Positions 8,926-18,709 of a stretch of 64,000 nucleotides of DNA are shown here, one piece after another. The position numbers were made by a program, and so were the translations under genes. Within the stretch, counting starts at the first letter, position 1. Every line of letters begins with the position of its first letter. The stretch covers positions 160,001-224,000 of the forward strand of contig CBDCXV010000011.1 in NCBI GenBank assembly GCA_965223905.1. The letters are read 5' to 3'. This stretch comes from Candidatus Latescibacterota bacterium (GTDB taxonomy: Bacteria; Latescibacterota; UBA2968; UBA8231). Below the pieces are notes generated by a model. It did no database searches, was not told the origin of the DNA, and saw only the letters and a program-made list of their open reading frames with translations.

Positions 8926-9894
8926 CTATTTGAAGGCATGCGGAAGGCCCCAGGTGTGGGGGTAGAGCAGCTCGCTGCCGTCCAGGGCCAGGGGTGCGAG
9001 CTCCTTCATCAGATCCCCATGCAAAGGCCCGGCCGCGACCGAAGACAGGTTCTGCTCCAGCTCGGCCTCGGAGAAGGTTCCGAACAGGGTCACGTCCGCC
9101 TGCGCAGGACCGAAGGCGGCGAAACGCAGGGCGCATTCGGACAGACTGATTCCGTATTCACCCGCCAGGCCCCCGGCCTTCCGGGCGCTCTGCTTAAGCG
9201 GCTCCATGTGCGGGGGATAGCTTTCGGTGCGGTGGGAGAGGACCCCCTGCAGGAACACCGAGCGCAGCACGACCCCCAGCCCCTGTTCCCGGCAGTCAGG
9301 CAGAACCTGATGCTCGAGGGTTCTGTCGAGCAGGTTGTAGGCCACCTGGATCGTCTGAAACGGCTTCCCCTGACCAACTACCGCCCTGGCGTCGGAAGGG
9401 CCGTAGCTGGTGGCGCCCCAGAAGCGCACCTGGCCCCTGGCGGTCAGAGACTCGACTGCTTCGAGCAGGGGAGCGCTGATCTCCTCGCGGGCGAAGGTAT
9501 CCTCCTCGACGTACACCTGCACCAGATCCAGACTGTCCACCCTTATTATGGCGAGACTGGCGGCGACCGAATCGCACACATGCTCGGCGAGCTCGGCCCC
9601 TTCGAGCTGCGGCCCCGAAGCAGAGGCGCGCAGCTTCACCTTGGTGGCGATGACGGGGCGGGATGCGCCCATGCCCGAGAACGCCTTCCCCACCAGCTCC
9701 TCGCTGCGCCCGTACCCGGCTGCGGTATCGAAGTAGGTGACACCGCAGTCGAGGGCGGCGTGCAGCAGTTTAACGCACTCGTCGTCGGGGGGAGGATCGG
9801 GAAGCCCGATCCCGTACGGCAGTCCGATTTCCACGGTCCCCAGCCCGACCCGGGAAACCTCGAGATCCGTCTCGCCCAGCATGCCGTATTTCAT
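8926..9894 (-). CDS. aldo/keto reductase
   Basis: LEVSRVGLGT, FDTAAGYGRSEE, IATK, QVAYNLLDR, RSVFLQG; ATGA overlap with murQ. Confidence 0.85.
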   Translation of the reverse strand: MKYGMLGETDLEVSRVGLGTVEIGLPYGIGLPDPPPDDECVKLLHAALDCGVTYFDTAAGYGRSEELVGKAFSGMGASRPVIATKVKLRASASGPQLEGAELAEHVCDSVAASLAIIRVDSLDLVQVYVEEDTFAREEISAPLLEAVESLTARGQVRFWGATSYGPSDARAVVGQGKPFQTIQVAYNLLDRTLEHQVLPDCREQGLGVVLRSVFLQGVLSHRTESYPPHMEPLKQSARKAGGLAGEYGISLSECALRFAAFGPAQADVTLFGTFSEAELEQNLSSVAAGPLHGDLMKELAPLALDGSELLYPHTWGLPHAFK

Positions 9895-10820
9895 GAGGCG
9901 GCAACTGCCCCTCTTCCGCGTCCGGAATACCTGACCACTTCCTTGATCCGGCCTCCTTGCTCGGCGAGCATGACCGCGGCGCGGCCGCTGTCGACCCCGC
10001 ACAGCTGCATGACGATGGCCACCTTGAGATCGCCGCCTGCGGCGTCAAGGCAGGCTTGGGAGGATTCCCTGGTGATCCCGGCCACCATCTGCAGGATGCG
10101 CAGCGACCGGTCCCGCAGCTTGGCGTTCTTCGGCTGCAGGTCGACCATCAGGTTGCCCAGGGTTTTTCCCAGCCGGATCATGGCTGCCGTGGAGATCATG
10201 TTGAGAATCATCTTGGTGGCGGTGCCCGCTTTGAGCCGCGTCGATCCGGTAACGACCTCGGGGCCGACCTGTGGCGCGATGCGGACATCTACGCAGGAAG
10301 CCACTTGTCCGGGGACACCGCATGTCAGCAGGATCGTGTCCGCACCGAGGGCGCGCGCCTCGCGGAGACCGCCCAGAACGAAGGGGGTGACCCCGCTCGC
10401 GGCGATACCAATCACGCAATCACCCGCCCCGACCTGGCGCCGGCGCAGCTCTCCGGCCCCGTAATCGCTCCTGTCTTCGGCTCCCTCCACCGCGGCAAAG
10501 ACCGCCTCCGGACCCCCGGCGATCACCGCCTGGACCATGCCGGGATCGGTGTTGAACGTCGGAGGGCACTCCGCGGCATCCAGAACACCGAGGCGTCCGC
10601 TCGATCCGGCGCCGATGTAGAAGAGCCGGCCGTTTTCCCTGAGGGCGCGCACTACGAGTTCTACCGCCATGGCGACTTGGTCCAGCTCGTTCTCCACGGC
10701 CGCGGCCACCGAGGCGTCCTCGCGGTTCATGATGCGCAGCATCTCCGCGGTGGAAACCTCGTCGATGCGGGTGCTGGCCTCGTTGCGCTGCTCGGTCGGC
10801 AGGTCCGCCCAATGTGCCAC
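9891..10820 (-). CDS. murQ: N-acetylmuramic acid 6-phosphate etherase; start approximate
   Basis: TEQRN, GAGSSGRLGVLDAAECPPTF, GPEVVTGSTRLKAGTATK, GNLMVDL. Confidence 0.95.
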   Translation of the reverse strand: MAHWADLPTEQRNEASTRIDEVSTAEMLRIMNREDASVAAAVENELDQVAMAVELVVRALRENGRLFYIGAGSSGRLGVLDAAECPPTFNTDPGMVQAVIAGGPEAVFAAVEGAEDRSDYGAGELRRRQVGAGDCVIGIAASGVTPFVLGGLREARALGADTILLTCGVPGQVASCVDVRIAPQVGPEVVTGSTRLKAGTATKMILNMISTAAMIRLGKTLGNLMVDLQPKNAKLRDRSLRILQMVAGITRESSQACLDAAGGDLKVAIVMQLCGVDSGRAAVMLAEQGGRIKEVVRYSGRGRGAVAAS

Positions 10821-11035
10821 GGTTGGTTTCGAGAGTCGGTTGTGGGTGATCTTGGAGAAGGGCGTTTCAGGCGCTGAAGAGCGCAGTCCATCCTGTTTCT
10901 CGTGCAAGTATATCACTGCCGCGTCCGGCCTGTAAAGGTCTGCCGCCATTGCCATCGTTCGATGCGGCCCCCTATATTGAACTGATTGCAGAACACGCAG
11001 TTACACCGAAAATCCCCGACTTCTGAAAGCCGTCC

Positions 11036-13786
11036 ATGTCGCTGAATCTGCCCACGAAGTACGACCCCGCCTCGGAAGGGGAATGGTACTCGTTCTGGGA
11101 GCGCGGCAACTTATTCGCCGCACGTGTCAATCCCGGGAAAAAACCTTTCTGCGTCACCATTCCGCCCCCCAACGTCACCGGCGAGCTGCACATGGGTCAC
11201 GCCATCCAGCACGCTATCCACGACAACGTGGTGCGCCGTCGCCGCATGCAGGGGTACGAGACCCTCTGTCTGCCGGGAACCGATCACGCGGGAATCGCCA
11301 CCCAGATGCAGGTCGAAAAGCGGCTCGACGGAATCACCCGGTACGATCTCGGACGCGAGCAGCTGCTCGAACGGATCTGGGCCTGGAAGGAGAAGTACGG
11401 CGACACCATCTACCGGCAGCTGCGCCAGCTCGGCTGCAGCTACGACTGGAGCAGGACCCGCTTCACCCTCGACGACGACTACGTCGAGGCCGTGCTGCTC
11501 GCCTTCGAGCGCTTCTACGACAACGGCTGGATATACCGCGGCACGCGCATGATCAACTGGTGCCCTTCCTGCCGCTCGGTGATCTCCGACCTCGAGACCG
11601 AGGAGCGCCTGCTGCAGGGCCACCTCTGGCACATCCGGTACCCGGGGGTGTCGGGTACGGAAGGCGTCGTCGTCGCCACCACGAGGCCGGAAACGATGCT
11701 CGGGGACAGCGGTGTCGCCGTCCACCCCGAGGACAGGAGGTGGCAGGGGGCCGTGGGGGGCAGGGTGCTGCTGCCGCTGATGGAGCGCGAGATCCCCATC
11801 GTCGCCGACGAGTACGCCGACCCCGAAATGGGCAGCGGCGCCGTAAAGGTCACCCCGGCGCACGATCCCAACGACTACGAGATCGGCAAGAGGCACGACT
11901 TGGCGGAGATCGCCGTCATCGGCTTCGACGCGATGATGACCTCCGCTGCGGGCCGCTTTGCCGGGCAGGAACGCTACGAGTGCCGGAGCAACGTCGTATC
12001 CGCCCTTGAGTCGGCGGGCCTCCTGGAAAGGACGGAGGAGTACGAGCACGCAGTGCCTCACCACGACAAGTGCGGCACCGTCATCGAGCCGCTGCCGATG
12101 GAGCAGTGGTTCATGGACATGAAGGCCCTGGCAGAAAAGACCCACCCCTTCCTCGAGCACCGGGAAATCGCCTACGTCCCCGACCGCTTCCGGGATTACG
12201 CCATCGACTGGCTCGACGATATCCGCGATTGGGCGCTTTCGCGTCAGATCTGGTGGGGCCACCGCATCCCCGCTTGGTACTGTGTTACCTGCAGCGGCGG
12301 AGGCATCACCCCGTCAGGAGACCTGCCGCGCGACCGCGCCCTGGCTGAGGGCAGCTTTCAGGTCTCCGTCGAGGCCGGGGCAAAGCCCATCGTGCAGAGG
12401 GAACCGCCAGATCTTTGCGATCAGTGCCGCGGAAGCGAGTTCGTCCAGGATCCGGACGTTCTCGACACCTGGTTCTCCTCCGCCCTCTGGCCGTTCGCCA
12501 CTCTGGGATGGCCGCAGAGCGAAGAATCCCTGGATTATTTCTACCCGACCGACCTGATGATCACCGGCAGGGACATCCTCTACCTGTGGGTCCTGCGCAT
12601 GGCCTTCACCTCCCTGGAGCTCACAGGGAAGGTCCCGTTCAAAACGGTGCTCGTTCACCCCACGGTGATGACCAGGGACGGGCGCCGCATGAGCAAGAGC
12701 CTGGGAACTGGGCTCAACCCGATGGACCTCGTGCGCCTGTACGGGGCGGACGCGACCCGCTACTCGCTCCTCCACCAGGCAGGAGCGATGCAGGATATCC
12801 GCTTCGATGCCGAAATCGCCGACAACGAGGTGAAGTCCTCGCAAAGCGCGAAATCGGGCCAGGCGTTCTGCAACAAGCTCTGGAATGCGGCGCGTTTCGT
12901 GCTCCTGAATCTCGAGGGGTACGAGCCGGTGGAGGAGCCCAGCCCCAGCGCCGAGCTGGCGGACCGCTGGATCCGCAGCAGTCTGGCCCGAACCATCGAT
13001 CGCGTCGACGAGCACCAGGAGAAATTCCGCTTCAGCGAGGTCACGCGCGCCCTGTACAGCTTTCTGTGGAACGACTACTGCGACTGGTACGTCGAGCTGG
13101 CCAAGCCGCGCCTGCGGGGCCCGGCGCCGGAACGCGCCCTGGCGCAGGAGATCCTGGTCGAGGTGCTCGAGCAGGCCCTTCGCCTGATGCATCCGGTCAT
13201 GCCCTTCATCACAGAGGCGATCTGGCAGGCATTGCCTCGGCACGCCGCGTCGGGAGAAGCGATCATGACCGCGGCCTGGCCTGCTGCCCGAAGCGAGGAC
13301 CTCGACGAAGCGGCGATGGCGGCGATGACCCTCGTGCAGGAAGTTGTCTCGGCCATCAGGAACATCCGCGGCGAGTTGCGGGTACCTCCCGGCAGACGGA
13401 TCGACGTCAAACTGTCGGCGGGGCCTGCCTCCGCGGAACTGCTCGGACGCAATCTCGGGTACGTCGAGACGCTTGCCCTGGCCGAGACCGCGGAGGTTGG
13501 CAGCGGCTTCGAGAAGCCCCCGGAGTCGGCAAGCGCCCTGGTCCGGGATGTCGAGATTCACGTTCCCCTCGAGGGTTTGATCGACGCCGGCGCGGAACGC
13601 AGGCGCCTGAAAAAGGAGATCGACAAGCTCGACAGACTGTTGAGGGGGTTGGATTCCAAGCTGAACCAGTCCGCCTTCCTCGAAAGGGCTCCCGGGGAGG
13701 TGGTGGAACGTGAGCGGCTGCGCCAGACCGAGTACAGGGAAAGCCTTGCCAGACTCGAGGCCAGCCTGGATGCCATCGGACCCTGA
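11036..13786 (+). CDS. valS: valyl-tRNA synthetase
   Basis: PPPNVTGELHMGH, PGTDHAGIATQ, SRQIWWGHRIP, DTWFSSALWP, C-terminal coiled coil. Confidence 0.97.
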   Translation: MSLNLPTKYDPASEGEWYSFWERGNLFAARVNPGKKPFCVTIPPPNVTGELHMGHAIQHAIHDNVVRRRRMQGYETLCLPGTDHAGIATQMQVEKRLDGITRYDLGREQLLERIWAWKEKYGDTIYRQLRQLGCSYDWSRTRFTLDDDYVEAVLLAFERFYDNGWIYRGTRMINWCPSCRSVISDLETEERLLQGHLWHIRYPGVSGTEGVVVATTRPETMLGDSGVAVHPEDRRWQGAVGGRVLLPLMEREIPIVADEYADPEMGSGAVKVTPAHDPNDYEIGKRHDLAEIAVIGFDAMMTSAAGRFAGQERYECRSNVVSALESAGLLERTEEYEHAVPHHDKCGTVIEPLPMEQWFMDMKALAEKTHPFLEHREIAYVPDRFRDYAIDWLDDIRDWALSRQIWWGHRIPAWYCVTCSGGGITPSGDLPRDRALAEGSFQVSVEAGAKPIVQREPPDLCDQCRGSEFVQDPDVLDTWFSSALWPFATLGWPQSEESLDYFYPTDLMITGRDILYLWVLRMAFTSLELTGKVPFKTVLVHPTVMTRDGRRMSKSLGTGLNPMDLVRLYGADATRYSLLHQAGAMQDIRFDAEIADNEVKSSQSAKSGQAFCNKLWNAARFVLLNLEGYEPVEEPSPSAELADRWIRSSLARTIDRVDEHQEKFRFSEVTRALYSFLWNDYCDWYVELAKPRLRGPAPERALAQEILVEVLEQALRLMHPVMPFITEAIWQALPRHAASGEAIMTAAWPAARSEDLDEAAMAAMTLVQEVVSAIRNIRGELRVPPGRRIDVKLSAGPASAELLGRNLGYVETLALAETAEVGSGFEKPPESASALVRDVEIHVPLEGLIDAGAERRRLKKEIDKLDRLLRGLDSKLNQSAFLERAPGEVVERERLRQTEYRESLARLEASLDAIGP

Positions 13787-13938
13787 CGGAGAAGCTCCGG
13801 CCGGCGCATTCCGCACCTGACGCGCAGGGGAAATCCCAGCCGTTTCGACTCATCGAAAGACAGGTTGCACAGCGAGCAACCGGCAAGCCCTGAAGTCCGG
13901 AGATGAACAGGACAACCGGGAACTAGGATCAGACCTAA

Positions 13939-15720
13939 GTGTCCTTCGATCTCTTCACTATCCAGACCCTGGCTTTCGAGCTGAATGCAAAGCTCTCCGG
14001 AAACAGGATCGAGCGCGCCGGCTTCGCCCCTGGGCAGGGAAGTGGGGGAGACGACAATCCACCGGGACGCCAGCCGGCCCTCGCCATTGCCTGCAGCCGG
14101 GACTGTCACTTGTCGTTCGAGCTCGGGACGCACGGATTCGTCCGCCTCCGCTGCGCTCCGATGCCCGCGGCCTTCGCCCTCCACGGCAACCCCGAGCGCT
14201 ACCTCCAGGGTGCTGCCGTCGACTCGGTGCAGGCGGACCGAAGGGATCGGGTTCTGAGAATCCGGCTTGGCCGCGACAACCGGCGGGGGGAAAAGACCTA
14301 TGGCCTGTTGCTCGTCGAGCTGATCCCCCCGCGCGTGCAGGCGGTGCTGGTCGCGGAGCAGTCGCGAGCGATCAAGGGGATCTGGCGAGCCCCTGACAAA
14401 GCCGGGCAGGGGCGTCGGCTGTGGGAGGGCGGAATCTACTCACCCCCCGGAAGACCTCGGCTGCTGCCAGGGGAGGACTCCATTGACCGTTTCGCCGATG
14501 CCCTTGCGGAAGAAATGCGGAAACAGCGGGGAAATCTGCCGCTTGCCCTGCAGCGGACGATCGCCGGGGCCGATCGCGGGGTAGCCGCGGAGCTGCTGTT
14601 TCGAGCCGGATTCACAGCGCCCCGGGAAGAACCGGACGGCCCTCAAGCGACCATCGACGACGCCCTCATCGGGCGGCTGTGGAGCGTCGGGGCGGAGATA
14701 TTTGCCGAGAGCATCGTTGCAACCGGCGGTTTCCTGTTCACCGATAGGGAACGGCTGATGGTTTCCTCCCTGAGGCCCCGGAGACCGGTGGAGGATCTGC
14801 GTCGTTTCGATTCGATACTTTCTGCCTTGGCGGAATGGCGCTCCAGCCGGCAGCGGACCGAGGCCCGAAAGGTCGATTTCAGGCTCGCGCGGCAGGCCCT
14901 GACCCGCGAGCTGCGCCAGACGACGCGCTCCCGGGAAGCGGTCGAGGGGGATCTCGACGAAGCAGCCGAGGCCCCTTCCTTGCTGCAGCGGGGAAGCCTT
15001 CTGCTTGCCAACCTGAACGAGGTGAAGCCCGGGACCGCGCGCCTGGAACTTCCGAATTCCTTTTCGGCCTCGGAGGCGGATCACCTGGCGATCGAGCTCG
15101 ATCTCCGTTTTTCGCCGGCGGAAAACGCGGCGCGGTTCCTCAAGCGGGCGCGCAAGCTCGAAAAGCGCCTGCATGTGCTGCCGGATCGCCTGCGGCGGGT
15201 GCTGCGGCTGGAACAGGGCCTGCGACGGATGCTGGCGAAATTGGAGACCGATTCAGAGGAACTTCCGGCGGATGTGAGGGAATGGATGGAACAGCGCAGA
15301 CCCGAACAGAAGCGGGGGAGAGGAGATCCTGCCAGGGCCCATCCGAGACGCTATCGCACCAGCAGCGGCTGGACGGTCTGGGTCGGGCGCAACCAGCGTG
15401 AAAACGATCAGCTGACCCACCGCATGGCTTCGCAGGAAGACCTCTGGTTTCACGCCAGCGGTTACCCGGGCTCTCACGTGGTGCTGCGGCGGGAGGGACG
15501 CAAGGACGAGCCGGGCGCGCGAACCATCGAAGAGGCCGCGGGACTGGCGGCCTACTGGAGCAAGGGCCGCTCGGCGAGGAAGGTGCCGGTCGTGTACACG
15601 CGGGTGAAGCACGTGTCGAAGCCGCGAGGAGGTGCCCCGGGGCTGGCCGTGCTCAAGCGGGAGAAGACGGTGATCGTTGCGCCCCTGCTGCTTGCGACCG
15701 TGGAGGAGGTGCCGAGGTGA
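13939..15720 (+). CDS. NFACT-family protein (RqcH/FbpA-like ribosome quality control factor)
   Basis: DRVLRI, ENAARFLKRARK, VGRNQRENDQLT, LWFHASGYPGSHVV, HVSKPRGGAPG. Confidence 0.88.
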   Translation: MSFDLFTIQTLAFELNAKLSGNRIERAGFAPGQGSGGDDNPPGRQPALAIACSRDCHLSFELGTHGFVRLRCAPMPAAFALHGNPERYLQGAAVDSVQADRRDRVLRIRLGRDNRRGEKTYGLLLVELIPPRVQAVLVAEQSRAIKGIWRAPDKAGQGRRLWEGGIYSPPGRPRLLPGEDSIDRFADALAEEMRKQRGNLPLALQRTIAGADRGVAAELLFRAGFTAPREEPDGPQATIDDALIGRLWSVGAEIFAESIVATGGFLFTDRERLMVSSLRPRRPVEDLRRFDSILSALAEWRSSRQRTEARKVDFRLARQALTRELRQTTRSREAVEGDLDEAAEAPSLLQRGSLLLANLNEVKPGTARLELPNSFSASEADHLAIELDLRFSPAENAARFLKRARKLEKRLHVLPDRLRRVLRLEQGLRRMLAKLETDSEELPADVREWMEQRRPEQKRGRGDPARAHPRRYRTSSGWTVWVGRNQRENDQLTHRMASQEDLWFHASGYPGSHVVLRREGRKDEPGARTIEEAAGLAAYWSKGRSARKVPVVYTRVKHVSKPRGGAPGLAVLKREKTVIVAPLLLATVEEVPR

Positions 15721-16814
15721 GCCTGACTGCAGGCATCGTCGGCCTGCCGAACGCCGGCAAGACCACCCTGTTCAACTCCCTGACCTCGGCAACGGCCGAG
15801 GCATCGAGCTACCCGTTCTGCACCATCGATCCGAACATCGGGGTAGTCGAAGTGCCGGATGAGCGACTGCGGATTCTCGACGAGCTGTTGAAGCCTGCAA
15901 GCTGCACCCCGACGAGTATACAGTTCACCGACATCGCCGGCCTGGTGCGGGGTGCCAGCAAGGGGGAGGGCAGGGGAAACCAGTTCCTCGCCGATGTCCG
16001 TGAGACCGATGCCCTGGTTCACGTGGTCCGCTGTTTCGAGGACCCCACCGTTTCCCATGTCGAGGACGCCCTGAACCCGGCGCGGGACGTGGATACCATC
16101 GAAAGCGAGCTCATGCTCGCCGATCTCCAGTCCATCGAGGATGCCCTGCCCCATCTCGAACGGGTGGTTGCCACCGATCCTCGCAGCCCGCGCCGGGCCG
16201 AGCTGGAAGCGCTCAAGAAGATGGAAGCCGGCCTGCTGGAGGGTGTCCCCGTGTACGCCAGGAACGAGCTGACACCAGGCGATATGCGGGCGGTGCACAG
16301 CTACAACCTCCTCTCTGCAAAGCCCGTACTCTACCTCGCCAACGTCGGGGAAACCTCCAGGCAGGAGAACGTTCTCGTCGATCAGCTCCGGGCCAGGGTA
16401 GGGGAGGACCGGGTGCTGGCGATCTGCGCCCAGCTGGAGGCGGAGGTGGCACAGCTCGAGGAAGGTGAGGAGAAAGGGGAACTACTGGCCGAAATGGGAC
16501 TGGAGTCCAGGGGGTTGGACCGCCTCGTCCTCGCCGCTTACAAGCTGTTGCGGCTGATCGCCTTCTACACCATCGCCAACGAAAAACTTCAGGCATGGCA
16601 GCTCCCCTCCGGGACCTCGGCCGCGGCCGCGGCCGGAAGAATTCACAGCGCCATGGAGGAGGGCTTCATCCGCGCCGAAGTTACCACGGCCGAGGGCCTG
16701 GCCGCGGCGGGCGGAGAGTTGCAGCGGCTCCGACAACAGGGAAAGCTGCGCACCGAAGGCCGGGATTACGTTGTTCGAGACGGCGACGTCATTCAATTCC
16801 TGTTCCGCGGCTGA
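15717..16814 (+). CDS. ychF: Obg-like ATPase YchF
   Basis: GIVGLPNAGKTTLFN, YPFCTIDPN, DIAGLVRGASKGEG, EGRDYVVRDGDV. Confidence 0.95.
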   Translation: MSLTAGIVGLPNAGKTTLFNSLTSATAEASSYPFCTIDPNIGVVEVPDERLRILDELLKPASCTPTSIQFTDIAGLVRGASKGEGRGNQFLADVRETDALVHVVRCFEDPTVSHVEDALNPARDVDTIESELMLADLQSIEDALPHLERVVATDPRSPRRAELEALKKMEAGLLEGVPVYARNELTPGDMRAVHSYNLLSAKPVLYLANVGETSRQENVLVDQLRARVGEDRVLAICAQLEAEVAQLEEGEEKGELLAEMGLESRGLDRLVLAAYKLLRLIAFYTIANEKLQAWQLPSGTSAAAAAGRIHSAMEEGFIRAEVTTAEGLAAAGGELQRLRQQGKLRTEGRDYVVRDGDVIQFLFRG

Positions 16815-16941
16815 CCGCTGCGTATCCAGCTTGCAGCACAGCCCCTCCCCGGTTCCCCTTGCTGAGGCTGCCCTCGGGATTGCCGCACCTCCGGATTCAG
16901 CGGCAACATGCCACAAATCGGGCCAGTACAGGCGGCACCGC

Positions 16942-16970
16942 TTGACGGGCCTGCCGCCTCCAGCTAGCTT
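16942..16970 (+). promoter_or_regulatory. putative sigma70 promoter
   Basis: TTGACG-N17-TAGCTT upstream of ORF at 17025. Confidence 0.5.
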
Positions 16971-17024
16971 TTTTACTCTTTTGCTTGCCGCAACCCATTC
17001 CCCAACAGTGAATTAAGCTAACCC

Positions 17025-17987
17025 GTGTGCGGATTCACCGCGATCTTTCCCGCCTTGGCAAAGACGGCCATTTCCCTTTCTCTGCTGTTACTGCTCCTCC
17101 ACCTGGTTGCGAGCCCGGGCGAGCTATTGGGAAATCTGCTCGCTGCCGAACCCCTGCTTCTGATGGTTGCCTTTGCCGGCAGCCTCGCCGGCGTGGCAAT
17201 CCAGTGGCGAAAATGGCACGAGCTCCTCGTTTCGATCCGACCGACGACCCGGGCCGATGAGAGCTTGCGCTCCCTGCTCGTGGGATTCTCCCTTGGAATG
17301 GTATCGCCGGGAAGGGTGGGGGAGCTGGGCCGCGGCGCCTTGTTCGAGGGACGCCGGGTCGAGGGCGTTGTCCTGGCCGGCGCCGACCGGGCCTGTTCGG
17401 CCGGAGTCACCGTCGTTGTCGCGGTCCTGGGGCTGGCCTTCATTAACCCGGCCGCCGCCCTGGCCTGTGGAGCGGGTTTGGCTGCAGCGGGAGGGCTCCT
17501 TCTCCGGCATGGGGGAGCATTACCGCCTCTTCTGCAGAAATGGACGGCCGCCACACCCTGGTTTTCAGCTGCCGGCAGGATGGCAACGGCGTTTGTCTCT
17601 ATCTCCAGGACTCTGTTTCTGCGCGTTCTGCTCTTGTCACTCCTCTTCAACCTGCTGTTTTTCGCCCAATTCTATCTATTGGCCCTGAGCTGGATCGAGT
17701 TGCCGCCGCAGGGGATCGCCGCCATTCCCATAATTTTCGGTTTGAAGACCCTCGCCCCTGTTGGATTCCTCGATCTCGGCCCCCGCGAGGCAGCCGCGGC
17801 TTTCGTCTTCTCGAGCATCGGCCTCGATCCGGTTGCCGCCATCAATGCTGCCCTTCTGCTCTGGCTGCTGAACGTGACCCTGCCGGCAGTCGCAGGCGGC
17901 GCCTGGATATCGGTAGAGGCGGCGGCAAAGCTGTTTAAAAGCGCCGGACGACCCCAGGCCTTCCCGCGAGCGAGTTTTCACCTGTGA
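17025..17987 (+). CDS. lysylphosphatidylglycerol synthase TM / flippase-like membrane protein (UPF0104)
   Basis: Multiple TM segments; SPGRVGELGR, DR, LGPREAAA motifs. Confidence 0.8.
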   Translation: MCGFTAIFPALAKTAISLSLLLLLLHLVASPGELLGNLLAAEPLLLMVAFAGSLAGVAIQWRKWHELLVSIRPTTRADESLRSLLVGFSLGMVSPGRVGELGRGALFEGRRVEGVVLAGADRACSAGVTVVVAVLGLAFINPAAALACGAGLAAAGGLLLRHGGALPPLLQKWTAATPWFSAAGRMATAFVSISRTLFLRVLLLSLLFNLLFFAQFYLLALSWIELPPQGIAAIPIIFGLKTLAPVGFLDLGPREAAAAFVFSSIGLDPVAAINAALLLWLLNVTLPAVAGGAWISVEAAAKLFKSAGRPQAFPRASFHL

Positions 17988-18036
17988 GTGGTGCGCCTGC
18001 CCGGTCCTTCTGCGAGCTCGAGGGGACCGCAACCCG

Positions 18037-18705
18037 ATGACGGAAGCGGGGCTCCGCGAGGAAATCTGCGAGGTGGGTCGGCGGATCTACAACCTCGGCT
18101 TCGTGGCTGGAAACGACGGCAACATCTCGGCACGGCTCGGAGAGGATCGCCTGCTGTGCACGCCGACCGGCGTCAGCAAGGGGTTTCTCACTCCCGGGAT
18201 GCTCGTTGTATGCGACCTCGACGGCAACCGGGTCGATGGGGACCGGGAAGTCACTTCGGAGATCCTCATGCACACCGAGTCCTACCGGCTCAGACCGGAA
18301 ACCGGGGGAGTCGTGCACGCCCATCCGCCTACCGCAACCGGGTTCGCTGTCGCCGGTATCGAAATGATGGAATACATCCTGCCCGAGGTAATCGTGAATC
18401 TCGGGGGAATCCCGATGGCTTCGTACGGAACTCCGGGGGGTCCGGCGGTTGTCGAGCCGATGATTCCACTGCTGCGGAAAAACTACGACGCCCTGCTGCT
18501 GGCCAATCACGGCGCCGTGACCCTGGGAGCGGATCTGATGGATGCGCACTTCAAGATGGAGACCGTCGAGTTGTGCGCCCGCATCGCCCTCGTAGCACGT
18601 CAACTGGGTCGCACGAATACCCTCGACAACGACCAAGTACAGGCTCTTCGCGACAGGTTCGGGGCTGGGGGCAAACCGGACGCAGGAATGCGAACGGATT
18701 CCTGA
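18037..18705 (+). CDS. class II aldolase/adducin family (L-fuculose-phosphate aldolase-like)
   Basis: GNISAR, TPTG, TSEILMH, VVHAHP, LLANHGA. Confidence 0.9.
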   Translation: MTEAGLREEICEVGRRIYNLGFVAGNDGNISARLGEDRLLCTPTGVSKGFLTPGMLVVCDLDGNRVDGDREVTSEILMHTESYRLRPETGGVVHAHPPTATGFAVAGIEMMEYILPEVIVNLGGIPMASYGTPGGPAVVEPMIPLLRKNYDALLLANHGAVTLGADLMDAHFKMETVELCARIALVARQLGRTNTLDNDQVQALRDRFGAGGKPDAGMRTDS

Positions 18706-18709
18706 AGCC

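Noticed and set aside
8854-13816. Long alternative ORFs (8854-10464, 11111-12262, 12314-13816) and similar ones elsewhere
   Set aside because: Antisense or off-frame shadows of AKR, murQ and valS; no motifs
13787-13938. Possible structured RNA between valS and the NFACT gene
   Set aside because: Only a short GGTTGC/GCAACC hairpin; no family match recognisable
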